Shown: piece by piece, positions 17,863 to 26,821 of the stretch
Position numbering within the stretch: position 1 is the stretch's first letter
How the letters are laid out: each line of letters begins with the position of its first letter
Source of the DNA: a virus
Lineage: Duplodnaviria > Caudoviricetes
IMG/VR virus record: IMGVR_UViG_3300047360_000121
Coordinates: 1 to 63,685 of that record
Reading direction: 5' to 3' (one strand)
DNA length: 63,685 nt
The notes under the pieces: model-generated
Seen by the model: the letters and a program-made list of their open reading frames with translations, nothing else
The model's database searches: none
Told to the model about the DNA's origin: nothing
Position numbers and translations under genes: made by a program

Positions 17863-18558
17863 TCAGAACTCGTTGGTGGACAGAGCCGCGCCGCTGCGGT
17901 CCATGATGATCTGCTTGCGCGGCTGCGCGAAGTTCCGAGGCCACCGAGACGAGTGCAAGCGGTTCTTGGCGATCCACGTCTTCGTGACAGCGTTGGACTG
18001 GTTGCCCCCTACCACATAGAAGGAATTGGCACTTTCGCCAAGGTAGAACGCAGCGTGGCCGGTCCAGCTTTTAGGGTTGCCCCGGTGGAAGGTGAGCACC
18101 GCGCCAAGCTGCGGCTCGCAGGCGATCCCGAACTTCTTCCAGTTCTTCGCCCCGAGCGGGTTTTCGGGCAGCGCGATCTCGGAGTCCCACTTCCGGTAGC
18201 AGGTCGCGATGAACGCCCCGCACCACGGGATTTCGCGCGGGTCGATCCACTGGACCGAACGGTCGAACCAGTTCTTCAGTTGGTTCGTGTCGCGCTGCTC
18301 GTGCAGGCCGTGGACGCGCAGGGCTTCGGCGAGCCACGGGAGATCGGACTCCTGCGATGCAGCGGTCAGCGCCTCGTAGGTGAGCGGCCCGACATAATCG
18401 CGAGCACGGAAGCCGATCGACTTCTTGAACTGAATGACGGCCCGGCTGGTGTTCGGGCCAAAGATGCCGTCAACGAGGAGCGGGCCGAAGCCGAGCGCGT
18501 TCAGCCGGTCCTGAATGACACGGACGGGATAGGTAGTGGACATAGGGATGGACTCCAT
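17863..18558 (-). CDS. Endolysin: peptidoglycan-binding domain plus TIGR02594/NlpC-P60-like peptidase
   Basis: IQDRLNALG..VDGIFGPNT..AVIQF; PWL, PWCGAF, GHAAF, GGNQSNAV. Confidence 0.88.
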   Translation of the reverse strand: MESIPMSTTYPVRVIQDRLNALGFGPLLVDGIFGPNTSRAVIQFKKSIGFRARDYVGPLTYEALTAASQESDLPWLAEALRVHGLHEQRDTNQLKNWFDRSVQWIDPREIPWCGAFIATCYRKWDSEIALPENPLGAKNWKKFGIACEPQLGAVLTFHRGNPKSWTGHAAFYLGESANSFYVVGGNQSNAVTKTWIAKNRLHSSRWPRNFAQPRKQIIMDRSGAALSTNEF

Positions 18559-18603
18559 CAGGTTTCACCCGACAGTAGCCCATCCCGCAGTTCAGGGAAA
18601 CCG

Positions 18604-19314
18604 TCAGGCGATTTCCAGAACGCGCCGCAGCGTCTCCATGTTCGCCGAGTTGACCGACAGGTCCGAGCGGTGCAGCGACAGCGCCCGAATGTCGAGGTAG
18701 CCCGAGCCGGTGCCTGCGCGCCCGTTGCCGAGGAAGAACCCCGGCAGGTTGGCCGTCGATCGCGACACGCTGCTGAACGGCGAACCGTCGATCGACAGCT
18801 TCATCTGCCCGCCGCCCTGCGCGATGATCGCGGTGTGCCAGTTGTTCTCGTCGGCCACGTCGATCGAGATGTCAATGTCGGAGTCCATGCGGAAGAAGTG
18901 ATCCGCGTTGGCGAAGCGCGACATGAGGCGGTAGGTCGGCGACGACAGGTCGTAGCCGAACAGCACTTGCGCGTCGGTCTGGTAGTTCTTCTGGTGGAAG
19001 CGGACGCCGATCGTGTAGCTGCTAGGCGTCCCGATGGTCAGCCCGGCGAGTTCCATGGCCTGTTCGCCGTCGAAGTCCACGACGAGCACCCCGTCGCGCG
19101 TGTTGCGCATGGGCTGCCGGGCGGCTGCCCCCTGCCGGAAGATCGCGTTGCGACCGGGGATGGAGGGCCATTCCTCGATCCGGCCAGCCGGAGCATCGTC
19201 GGCGATGAAGAAGCCCTCGTAGCCCGGCAGAGAGGCGATCAGGGACGACACCGTTTGGACCGGGCCAAGGTTGCCGACGCCGGGCGGTTGAGCGAAGTCG
19301 AATGTGATGGGCAT
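18604..19314 (-). CDS. LamG/concanavalin-A-like tail-associated protein
   Basis: Beta-sandwich pattern VDFDG, NWHTAII, KLSIDG; follows the tail spike gene. Confidence 0.6.
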   Translation of the reverse strand: MPITFDFAQPPGVGNLGPVQTVSSLIASLPGYEGFFIADDAPAGRIEEWPSIPGRNAIFRQGAAARQPMRNTRDGVLVVDFDGEQAMELAGLTIGTPSSYTIGVRFHQKNYQTDAQVLFGYDLSSPTYRLMSRFANADHFFRMDSDIDISIDVADENNWHTAIIAQGGGQMKLSIDGSPFSSVSRSTANLPGFFLGNGRAGTGSGYLDIRALSLHRSDLSVNSANMETLRRVLEIA

Positions 19315-19323
19315 GGTTGATCC

Positions 19324-21231
19324 TTACTGCGGAGTCATGAACAGGGGCGGGAACTTCACCTCGAAACTCGGCACCCAGCGGTAGAGCGTGACATTCTGCC
19401 ACTTCGTTTTCCAGCTATAGTTCGTCCGCACCAGACCGCGATGCGCCACGTAGCCGTCGTTGATCGACCGCACGTCCTGCTCCTGAAGCGCGTACCGGAT
19501 GCGCGAAGGCGGGCCGTCCAGCCGGATCGTCACGCGGTTGCCCGAGACGGTCGGGTTCTCGATGATGTTCGCCCCGAACGACTCGAAGCCGAGGTTCGGC
19601 ACCGCGCCGCCGGGGTAGCGCGATCCGGCCTCGGTGCGCAGCGCCTCGCCGGGCCGCGTGTCGAGGAAGATCAGGGCGACCCACTCGCCCGTGTCCATGT
19701 CCTCGTACATGCGCCAGTCGAGCGGCCCGAGCGTCGTCCAAGGCCGTCCGGCGTCCTCCTCGGCCATGGCGCGGGCGATCATCTCGCCGAACAGCATGGT
19801 CGTCTCGCCGTCAGGATGGACGTTGTTGTCGGTGATCTGAAACGGGTAGAGCGGCCCTGCCAGAACCGCGTGGCCCTCCTGCGCCAGCCGCAACTGGTCG
19901 TGCTTCACGTCCCACGTCTCGCCGCTGCTCGACGTGTCCGCGTCGCCGCTGGACTGCGTGAGGATGAGCCGCTGGTCGCCGAAGATGCCGCGCCCGTTCA
20001 GGTGCGACCGGAAGGACGTCATGTAGGACAGCACCGCGTTGTAGTAGGACGGGCTGTAGTCGTTCTTGGCGCTCGTGCCGTGGACGAGGACGTGCCACGG
20101 CACCCGGTAGCCGACTCCGATCCGGTCGAGGGCTTCCTTCGCCTTGTCGTACCAATAGACGAGGTTGTCCCACACCGTCGTCTCGCCCCTGCCGGTGCCC
20201 GTTCGGTCGTCAATGTCCTCGATCGCCACGCCGTTGTAGCCGTGGCAGACCGTCACCACGGAAGCCAGCAGCGTCCCGGCCTTCCGGCGGTGGTGGTTCA
20301 GCGCGCCGCAAGCCCCCAGCGCCGCCGTGGCGATCGGCCCCGCGCCGCCGCCATAGCCCAGCCGGAAGGGGGCCAAGCCGGTGCCCGAGCCGCGCTGGCT
20401 CGATGCCGTCTCGTCATATCGCCGGGACAGCCAGCCGCGCGCCGTGACTTCGTTCGCGAGGTCCATGATGCCGTCCACCACGAACACGTCGTCCTCGTCG
20501 GTCATGGTCGGGATTTTCGACCGATCGGTGAAGTGGTTGCCCACGGAAAGGGACTGGCCGTTGACCGTGATGAGGTCCACCGTGACGTTCGCATCCGAGG
20601 CTGTGCCGCGCAGCAGCGTCCGGTTGGACGCGGCGACCCGCTCCTCGACCTGCCCGCGCCCCGTGAGGAAACCCACGCTCGCGCGCTCCCGGTCATCGAG
20701 CCGCTGGTAGATCGAACCCGGCGCGTCGTCGCTGCTGGCCCCGAGCCGCAGCAGCAGTTCCTCGGACGGCACGAAGTCCAGCCCGGTACGGCGCATGGAC
20801 ATGACCACGTTGCCATCGGCGTCGAGGAACATGGCGTGGCCGTCGATCGTCGCCAGCGTGTCGCCGATCGAGCCGGACAGCCGGGCCGCGACAGCCTCGC
20901 TCGGGATGAAGTCAAGGCCGCTGGGGGTCGCGCGCAACAGCACGTTGCCCGTGGAGTCCAGCAGCAGCGCGTAGCCGTCGAACTCGGCCACGCCGTCCCG
21001 AATGTCTTCGAGTCCCTGTTCGGCCCGGTCGGCTGCGGCCACGGCTGCGTCGGCTGCGGACTGAAGCGCCTCGATCATCTCCGCGTCAGCGAGGCCGAGG
21101 ATTTCCGCCAGTTGGGACAGGGACAGCCTGACCGTCTCGTTCGTGGTCAGGTCCACCACGGCAACGAGGGATGCCGGGTCCACCGTGGACCGGGCCGGAA
21201 GGTTCGTAATTCTGACCGTAGGTTCAGGCAT
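19324..21231 (-). CDS. Tail fibre/spike with SGNH-like esterase domain
   Basis: N-terminal VRITNLP adaptor; NGQSLSVG, VHGTS, DNNVHP motifs. Confidence 0.7.
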   Translation of the reverse strand: MPEPTVRITNLPARSTVDPASLVAVVDLTTNETVRLSLSQLAEILGLADAEMIEALQSAADAAVAAADRAEQGLEDIRDGVAEFDGYALLLDSTGNVLLRATPSGLDFIPSEAVAARLSGSIGDTLATIDGHAMFLDADGNVVMSMRRTGLDFVPSEELLLRLGASSDDAPGSIYQRLDDRERASVGFLTGRGQVEERVAASNRTLLRGTASDANVTVDLITVNGQSLSVGNHFTDRSKIPTMTDEDDVFVVDGIMDLANEVTARGWLSRRYDETASSQRGSGTGLAPFRLGYGGGAGPIATAALGACGALNHHRRKAGTLLASVVTVCHGYNGVAIEDIDDRTGTGRGETTVWDNLVYWYDKAKEALDRIGVGYRVPWHVLVHGTSAKNDYSPSYYNAVLSYMTSFRSHLNGRGIFGDQRLILTQSSGDADTSSSGETWDVKHDQLRLAQEGHAVLAGPLYPFQITDNNVHPDGETTMLFGEMIARAMAEEDAGRPWTTLGPLDWRMYEDMDTGEWVALIFLDTRPGEALRTEAGSRYPGGAVPNLGFESFGANIIENPTVSGNRVTIRLDGPPSRIRYALQEQDVRSINDGYVAHRGLVRTNYSWKTKWQNVTLYRWVPSFEVKFPPLFMTPQ

Positions 21232-21254
21232 GACCCGGTTGCTCCTTCAGGTGA

Positions 21255-23603
21255 TTAGGCGATTGTTACCACGCGCTGAACTTCCATGAAAGAGTCCAGC
21301 CCGTCCCGTTCAGCCCAAACCCGAACGGTGTAGGTGCCAGCCGGGTAGCCGGTCATGTCGAGGTCAACGTAGGTCGAGGTCAGTTCTTTCTGGTTGAACT
21401 GGAACGCGCCGGACGAGTCGTCAACCCGTACCGTGATGGTGGTTCCGGGTTCCAGAGAGACGGACCCCTCGTGCCAGCCGAGGATCACGTTGTCCTCGGT
21501 CAGCCGGTTCCGGTTGCTCCACGAGACGCGGAAGTTTCGCGGGACGGCGATCGGGCTGTTCGCGCCGCCCTGCGCCGACCCCTCGATCCGCACGTTGGCC
21601 GGGCGCAGCGGCGCTTCGGCGCGGGCGGTGACGTTCGGCGTTCGGCTGACCCGATCACGGCGCGGCAGCGTCCCGTTGAAGGTCATGGTCTGAAGATCGT
21701 AGGTCGGCGACTCGCCCTGCGCGCGCTCGTGCGGGTCATGCAGCCGGGTCCCTTCGGGCACGAGCCAGACAACCGTGCCCGCGACGTGCGGGACCGGCAC
21801 GGTATCCATGACGCCCCGGCGCAGGCGCAGGCCGTTCGTGTTCATGTCCTCGATCAGCGCGATCTCGGCGTTCGCCGGTTGGTCGCCGATGAACAGGAAG
21901 TCGCCGATTTGCGGCGTCGCCCCGTAGCCGATCAGGTCGATCGAGACGTTCACGCTGGTTCCTTCGGCAGACAGCGACTCGGCCATGGTGCCCCGGCGGC
22001 TGACGCCGATCTCGGCGACCTGCCCGTACTTGTTGTTCCCGACCCGGTTCACCCAATTACTGCTGACCTTGAACGCATATGCCCCGGTCTGCTGCGCGGC
22101 AGCCAGAAGGCCGACGTATTCCTCGCCGTCCCGGTGCCCCCGGATGCCCGCCTTGGCGATCATGTAGTAGGGCAGGACGAACGGGTTGACGTGCGACGGG
22201 GGCAGCGGCTTGTAGCTGGCAGGCGTTCCCGAGGCACCGGAGAGTTCCTGTCCGATCACGGCTACCTGCGCGAGCACGTCTTCGAGCAAGGTGAGCGTCT
22301 GCGCCCGCCCAGCGGGGTTGCCCGTCTTGACCCGCATGACACGCGCCACGATGTCGTCTGCGCCCTCCTCGGGGAACTGGACCCGCACCACGTCGCCGGG
22401 CTTGCGGCGCTCGGACGAGGGCGGCAGGTCGAGTTCCATGGTGCGGGTCGGCGCGGTCTTCGTGAGCACGTCCCGGCTGGCCGCATCCCACGCGAGATCG
22501 ACCCGGTTGAAGAAGGTGTAGCTGTGCTTCTCGGTGATCCGCTCGCCGAGGTCGGCGATGCTGGCGAGGTCCTGAACCTGCACGGATTCCTTCTCGTAGG
22601 TTTCCGGGTTCGTCCACTCGACCATGACCTCGTTGACCACCTCGGACATGTCCTTGACCGACAGTTCGGTCAGGCGCGAGTTCTCGGCGGTGAACACCGG
22701 CAGCGTGGCCTCGTCATAGTCGGGCCGGACCAGTTTGATCGAGATCAGCCCCGTCTCCGGGTCGGGGAACATCATCGCGCGGATATGGTCGGCCACCATC
22801 TGCGCGAACTTCTCGCCGGTCATCGGCTTCGTCCAGAGAAAGCTGCCGCCCAGCAGTTCGTCGTAGGCAGCCTGCGCCGCCGCCTTCCATGCGAAGAAGT
22901 CGAAGGCGAAGTAGGGGATGCCGCAGCCCCATTCGTCGTTCGTCAGCGCCTCGAAAAGCACATGCACGAGATTGGAGTCCGGCTTGCCGAGGATCGTCGT
23001 CAGATCGTCGCCGTTCTCATACCGCGCCCGATCGGCGGCAGTCCGGTAGATCAGCGACCGCTCGGCGAAGAACTGGTCCGAGGCCCGCGTGACCTCGACC
23101 CAGAAGGTCTTCAGGTAGGGGTTGTTCGACCCGACGATGAAGGCAGGCTCGGCGCTGTCATTCGCCGCCCATTCGCCGTACTCGCCCTCCTCGGGCTTCT
23201 CACCGTCCCGGTAGTGCAGATGTTCCGACCCGGCGTTGTAGTAGCCCGGCTCACCGGGGGATTGCTTCGTCAGGCCGATGCAGCAGATGTTGCGGTAGCC
23301 CGGCACGTCGTCCGGCGCGCGGTTGTAGAGCATGTCCGCGATCGGGGTCGGGAGAAGCTGTTCACGGCCACCCGGCATGAACCAGACCGCACCCTGCGCG
23401 CCGCCCTCGTGGTTCTGACCGCCGAACAGGTCCGGCTCATAGATGTTGAAGGACTTGCCCTCGTCCACGAGCGTTCCGAACAGGCGCTTCTCGCCGAACC
23501 ACACCTCGCGCAGCAGCGTCACCGGACCCCAGCAGACCCCGAGGAGCATGTTCAGGTGGTAGTTCGTGACGCGAATCGAACCCTCGGTGCTTCTCCCGCC
23601 CAT
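21255..23603 (-). CDS. Central tail tip/hub protein
   Basis: LFGGQNHEGG, NNPYLK, WGCG, RGVMDT, PLRPANVRI, WSNRNRL motifs of Chi-like tail tips. Confidence 0.82.
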   Translation of the reverse strand: MGGRSTEGSIRVTNYHLNMLLGVCWGPVTLLREVWFGEKRLFGTLVDEGKSFNIYEPDLFGGQNHEGGAQGAVWFMPGGREQLLPTPIADMLYNRAPDDVPGYRNICCIGLTKQSPGEPGYYNAGSEHLHYRDGEKPEEGEYGEWAANDSAEPAFIVGSNNPYLKTFWVEVTRASDQFFAERSLIYRTAADRARYENGDDLTTILGKPDSNLVHVLFEALTNDEWGCGIPYFAFDFFAWKAAAQAAYDELLGGSFLWTKPMTGEKFAQMVADHIRAMMFPDPETGLISIKLVRPDYDEATLPVFTAENSRLTELSVKDMSEVVNEVMVEWTNPETYEKESVQVQDLASIADLGERITEKHSYTFFNRVDLAWDAASRDVLTKTAPTRTMELDLPPSSERRKPGDVVRVQFPEEGADDIVARVMRVKTGNPAGRAQTLTLLEDVLAQVAVIGQELSGASGTPASYKPLPPSHVNPFVLPYYMIAKAGIRGHRDGEEYVGLLAAAQQTGAYAFKVSSNWVNRVGNNKYGQVAEIGVSRRGTMAESLSAEGTSVNVSIDLIGYGATPQIGDFLFIGDQPANAEIALIEDMNTNGLRLRRGVMDTVPVPHVAGTVVWLVPEGTRLHDPHERAQGESPTYDLQTMTFNGTLPRRDRVSRTPNVTARAEAPLRPANVRIEGSAQGGANSPIAVPRNFRVSWSNRNRLTEDNVILGWHEGSVSLEPGTTITVRVDDSSGAFQFNQKELTSTYVDLDMTGYPAGTYTVRVWAERDGLDSFMEVQRVVTIA

Positions 23604-23800
23604 CAGTCGGTCCTTTCTTCAGCGTTCGCGATAGCCCTCGCGAGGTAGGCGTCCGGCAGATGCGACCGCGCCTCGTCAAGAGGCATACCTTCGTCGCAGA
23701 ACTTCCTGAAGTCCAGCCCGCGTTCGTTGAAGCCAGCCCTGACGCCGAGCGCGCAAAGGCCCGCCCGCCGGAAATCGTTGATGGTCAGGCGGTCGCTCAT
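23603..23800 (-). CDS. Small tail tip assembly protein
   Basis: CALGVR..F...GLDFRKF motif; conserved position in Chi-like tails. Confidence 0.72.
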   Translation of the reverse strand: MSDRLTINDFRRAGLCALGVRAGFNERGLDFRKFCDEGMPLDEARSHLPDAYLARAIANAEERTD

Positions 23801-24033
23801 TGTTCAACCTCAAACTCGCGCTTCGACAGGTCCGAGTAGCCGAGCGTGTTCAGACCCTTCACGCGCATCGTCCCGAACACGACCGGGATCGGCATGGACG
23901 GATCGGCCTCGGGCGCGTCGAGGTCCTTCGTCTCAGGCGGTTCCTGCTGCGGCGGCTTTGGCATGATGAGGTAGCTGACATAGCTGACAGCCACCGAGAT
24001 CACGAACATGGCGAACCAAGATACGGGGTCCAT
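23797..24033 (-). CDS. Small tail assembly protein
   Basis: Hydrophobic N-terminus; PIPVVFGT motif. Confidence 0.75.
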   Translation of the reverse strand: MDPVSWFAMFVISVAVSYVSYLIMPKPPQQEPPETKDLDAPEADPSMPIPVVFGTMRVKGLNTLGYSDLSKREFEVEQ

Positions 24034-24042
24034 GATGCACTC

Positions 24043-25509
24043 CTAGTAGAAGTTGGACGTGGTGCGGAACGGGTTCGTCGTGGGGATTTTGTCGCACCCG
24101 CCGTAGTTCACGATGTTGGGCTGCCCGGTCTTGGCCGAGACGTGATGGTTCCGGCAGAAGGCGGCGGTGTGGGCGCAGCCCAGCGTCACGTAGATGCGGC
24201 CCGAGGCGTGGGCCTCGCCCACTGGCCCGTCGAGCAACAGCGCCCCGGCCTTCGCTTCGATGATGTTCCGGTAGGTCGTGTTGCCGTTGTGGGTCCAGTG
24301 GACGGTGCCGCCCGCGTAGCGCCCCGGATTCGGCCCGAGGAGGTCGTTCGGGATCGCCAGCACCTTCCCGGCCCGGTCCCAATTCGCAAGCGTGGGCTGG
24401 AAGTTCGTGGTCGCCGCGTTGGCGCTCGCCCCGCATTGCGAGCCGTAGAGGGTGTGCGGGCACCCGTACTGGTAGTTGCGCCGCAGCCCGGTTCGCTTGA
24501 ACGCGCTCGACATCGGGCGGGCCAAGAGTTCCACCGTGTTGCCCATGACCTTTCTCTTGGCCGACATGACACGGCCCGTCCAGATCGGCTTGAACTCCTG
24601 CTCGGGATCGTCGGCCTGCCCCTCGAAGACGGTCAACTGCATGGGCCGCTGAACGCGCTTGGTCCGGTAATACTCGGCCAACCCGCAGGACTTCGGCACG
24701 GTGATCTTGATCTCGTTCTTCTCCTCGGGCGAGCCGTTCGTCTTGATGTCGTCCATGCTGATCGCCAGCGACTCATAGGCGAACGCTGCGCGCTGCACGG
24801 CGCTGACGCGCCGCCACGCCTGCGTCGAAAGCCCGCTCTCGATCGCGTCGATCGGGAAGTGCGGCGTGTTGTGCAGGAAGCGCAGGTTGCGCGAGTCCCG
24901 GCTGCCGACGACAAGCGGGTAGATGTCGGTCGAGATGAAGCCGACCTCCTCGGACCCCTTGTGGTTCACGAGCGGCGCGACGAGTTCCAGCGCCCACGGC
25001 AGCCGCGACTCGTCGCACTCGCCGCTGGACAGGAAAATCCAGTTGCGGAAGGCGGCGGCGTCGCCTGCGTCAGCGAACCACGAGCGCGCGTGGCCGACCG
25101 CCTGCGCGTAGTTCGCGATCGCGGTCGTGGTGGACAGGCCCTCGGTCCACGAGATGCAGTCGTTGATGCCGCTCACCCCGGCGTCGAACCGGACGATGTG
25201 CCCCTCGGTCGAGGAGAACTGCGAGACGACGACATCGTAGGTCGTGCCGTTGGCCTGCACGTCGTCCCGCATCTTCTCAAGCGCGTAGATGACGGCTGCC
25301 TTCGCGTGGTCGAAGCGGTTGCGCTGCGCCATGGCAACCGAGCGGTCGAGGCTGAAATAGACGCGGTGCCGCCCGCCCGAGGTCGCAGGCACCGACACCG
25401 GGGAGTCCGTATAGGCGAAGTAGTCGTTCCGGTCAGGGCCGTAGCGGAACTCGTACCGCCGGACTGCGAGGCCCCGATCACGGGACTGCGCGTAGGGTTC
25501 AGAAGCCAT
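24043..25509 (-). CDS. DUF2163/BR0599-type tail protein with an inserted vWA-like domain
   Basis: GCPHTLYGSQC, GCAHT..C, NYGG Cys motifs; internal LDRSVAM...WIFLSSGE segment. Confidence 0.78.
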   Translation of the reverse strand: MASEPYAQSRDRGLAVRRYEFRYGPDRNDYFAYTDSPVSVPATSGGRHRVYFSLDRSVAMAQRNRFDHAKAAVIYALEKMRDDVQANGTTYDVVVSQFSSTEGHIVRFDAGVSGINDCISWTEGLSTTTAIANYAQAVGHARSWFADAGDAAAFRNWIFLSSGECDESRLPWALELVAPLVNHKGSEEVGFISTDIYPLVVGSRDSRNLRFLHNTPHFPIDAIESGLSTQAWRRVSAVQRAAFAYESLAISMDDIKTNGSPEEKNEIKITVPKSCGLAEYYRTKRVQRPMQLTVFEGQADDPEQEFKPIWTGRVMSAKRKVMGNTVELLARPMSSAFKRTGLRRNYQYGCPHTLYGSQCGASANAATTNFQPTLANWDRAGKVLAIPNDLLGPNPGRYAGGTVHWTHNGNTTYRNIIEAKAGALLLDGPVGEAHASGRIYVTLGCAHTAAFCRNHHVSAKTGQPNIVNYGGCDKIPTTNPFRTTSNFY

Positions 25510-26818
25510 TGCCGCCGCCTTCTTGCGTTGTCAGGTGCTCGGGGTTGCCCGAACTCTCAGTGATGAGGCCCATGTCGTTTTCGGTCATCAGCAGGGCGAC
25601 CTCGCCCGTCACGTAGTCGATCGACCGGGCCTTCATCTCGATCTGTGCCACGGTATCGGTCAGCCACTCGACTTCCAAGGCGTCATCTGCGAACCGGGCC
25701 TGATAGAGCGCCCGAACCGCCAGAATGTCCCGCATCAGCAGTTCCTCGGGGATCGGGGCCTGAAGCTGCGCGACGGTGTGGCCGTTCTGGCGGTACACGC
25801 CGGTCAGCGCGCGGAAGTATTGCTTCCGGTCCCGCGTCTCGATCAAGAGGAACTGCGGCGACAGGTTGAACTCGGCCTCGATCGCGAGGTCTTCGCCGAC
25901 GAGCGGAATCTCGGAAGCGTTCTTCGCGATCCCGTTGTTCGGTCGCAGTTCGGACGCCACCGCCGGGTAGAAGAACGTCCGCGCCCGCCCACGCTGCTGC
26001 ACGAAGAACGAGACCATCCGGCGGGCCTCGTCCAGCGTCTTCGCGGTGTGCGGGGTCGTCCAGTAGCGCACCGTGGGCACGGCCTTCCAGAAGTAGGACA
26101 CCGGCCCCGTCTCGGCACGGAACTCCTCGCGCTGCTGATCGTAGCGCGTCTCGACGGCATCGGCCCAATTCACCCGGAAGTCGAACCGATCGAGGGCGCT
26201 GAACCGGGCGAACTCGTGCTCGCTCGGCACGTAGGGCACCGAGCCGCGCGGGGTCGGGTGCAGGGTGATCTCGCAGGTGCCGACACGGGAAGTCGGGAAC
26301 TCGATGTCAAGCTGCGAGGACACGCGGCCCCGAGCGGCGAAGGTGATCTTCGTGCCGGGCGGCGTATCCGCCGTGCGTTCGGGCGGGCCGGGGAAAACCA
26401 AGTCCTCCGCGCCGCCGTCAACCCGCTCCACCCAGAAGCCGTTCGGCCCGAGGCGGTCCACCCGGTAGAAGCGGTCGTCAATCATCACGAGTTCGTCCAC
26501 GTCGAGCCATGCCGGTCGCACGTCCTCGGTGAGCCGCACGAAGTCGTGCCCCAGATTCCAGAAGCCCGTGGTCCGGCAATGCACGGTCGGCACCGGGAAG
26601 ATGATCTCCTCCTCCCGAAAGCCGGTCATCAGCGACGCCAGCTTGCGGTGATCGTCCCGGCGGAAGACGGTCGTGAAGCTGATCTCCCAGATCGGGGCGA
26701 TCCGGCGGGCCTCGCGGACCTCCCGACCTGACCCCGAACTGAAGATGTCGGTCTTGAAGCTGAAGCGTTCAGTGACCGCCTCGCGCCAGTTGACCTTGAA
26801 GTTCGCGAAGACCGCCAC
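25499..26818 (-). CDS. Distal tail-type virion structural protein
   Basis: NWREAVTERFSFKTD, RFADDALEVEWLTD; follows the tape measure. Confidence 0.75.
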   Translation of the reverse strand: MAVFANFKVNWREAVTERFSFKTDIFSSGSGREVREARRIAPIWEISFTTVFRRDDHRKLASLMTGFREEEIIFPVPTVHCRTTGFWNLGHDFVRLTEDVRPAWLDVDELVMIDDRFYRVDRLGPNGFWVERVDGGAEDLVFPGPPERTADTPPGTKITFAARGRVSSQLDIEFPTSRVGTCEITLHPTPRGSVPYVPSEHEFARFSALDRFDFRVNWADAVETRYDQQREEFRAETGPVSYFWKAVPTVRYWTTPHTAKTLDEARRMVSFFVQQRGRARTFFYPAVASELRPNNGIAKNASEIPLVGEDLAIEAEFNLSPQFLLIETRDRKQYFRALTGVYRQNGHTVAQLQAPIPEELLMRDILAVRALYQARFADDALEVEWLTDTVAQIEMKARSIDYVTGEVALLMTENDMGLITESSGNPEHLTTQEGGGNGF

Positions 26819-26821
26819 GGC

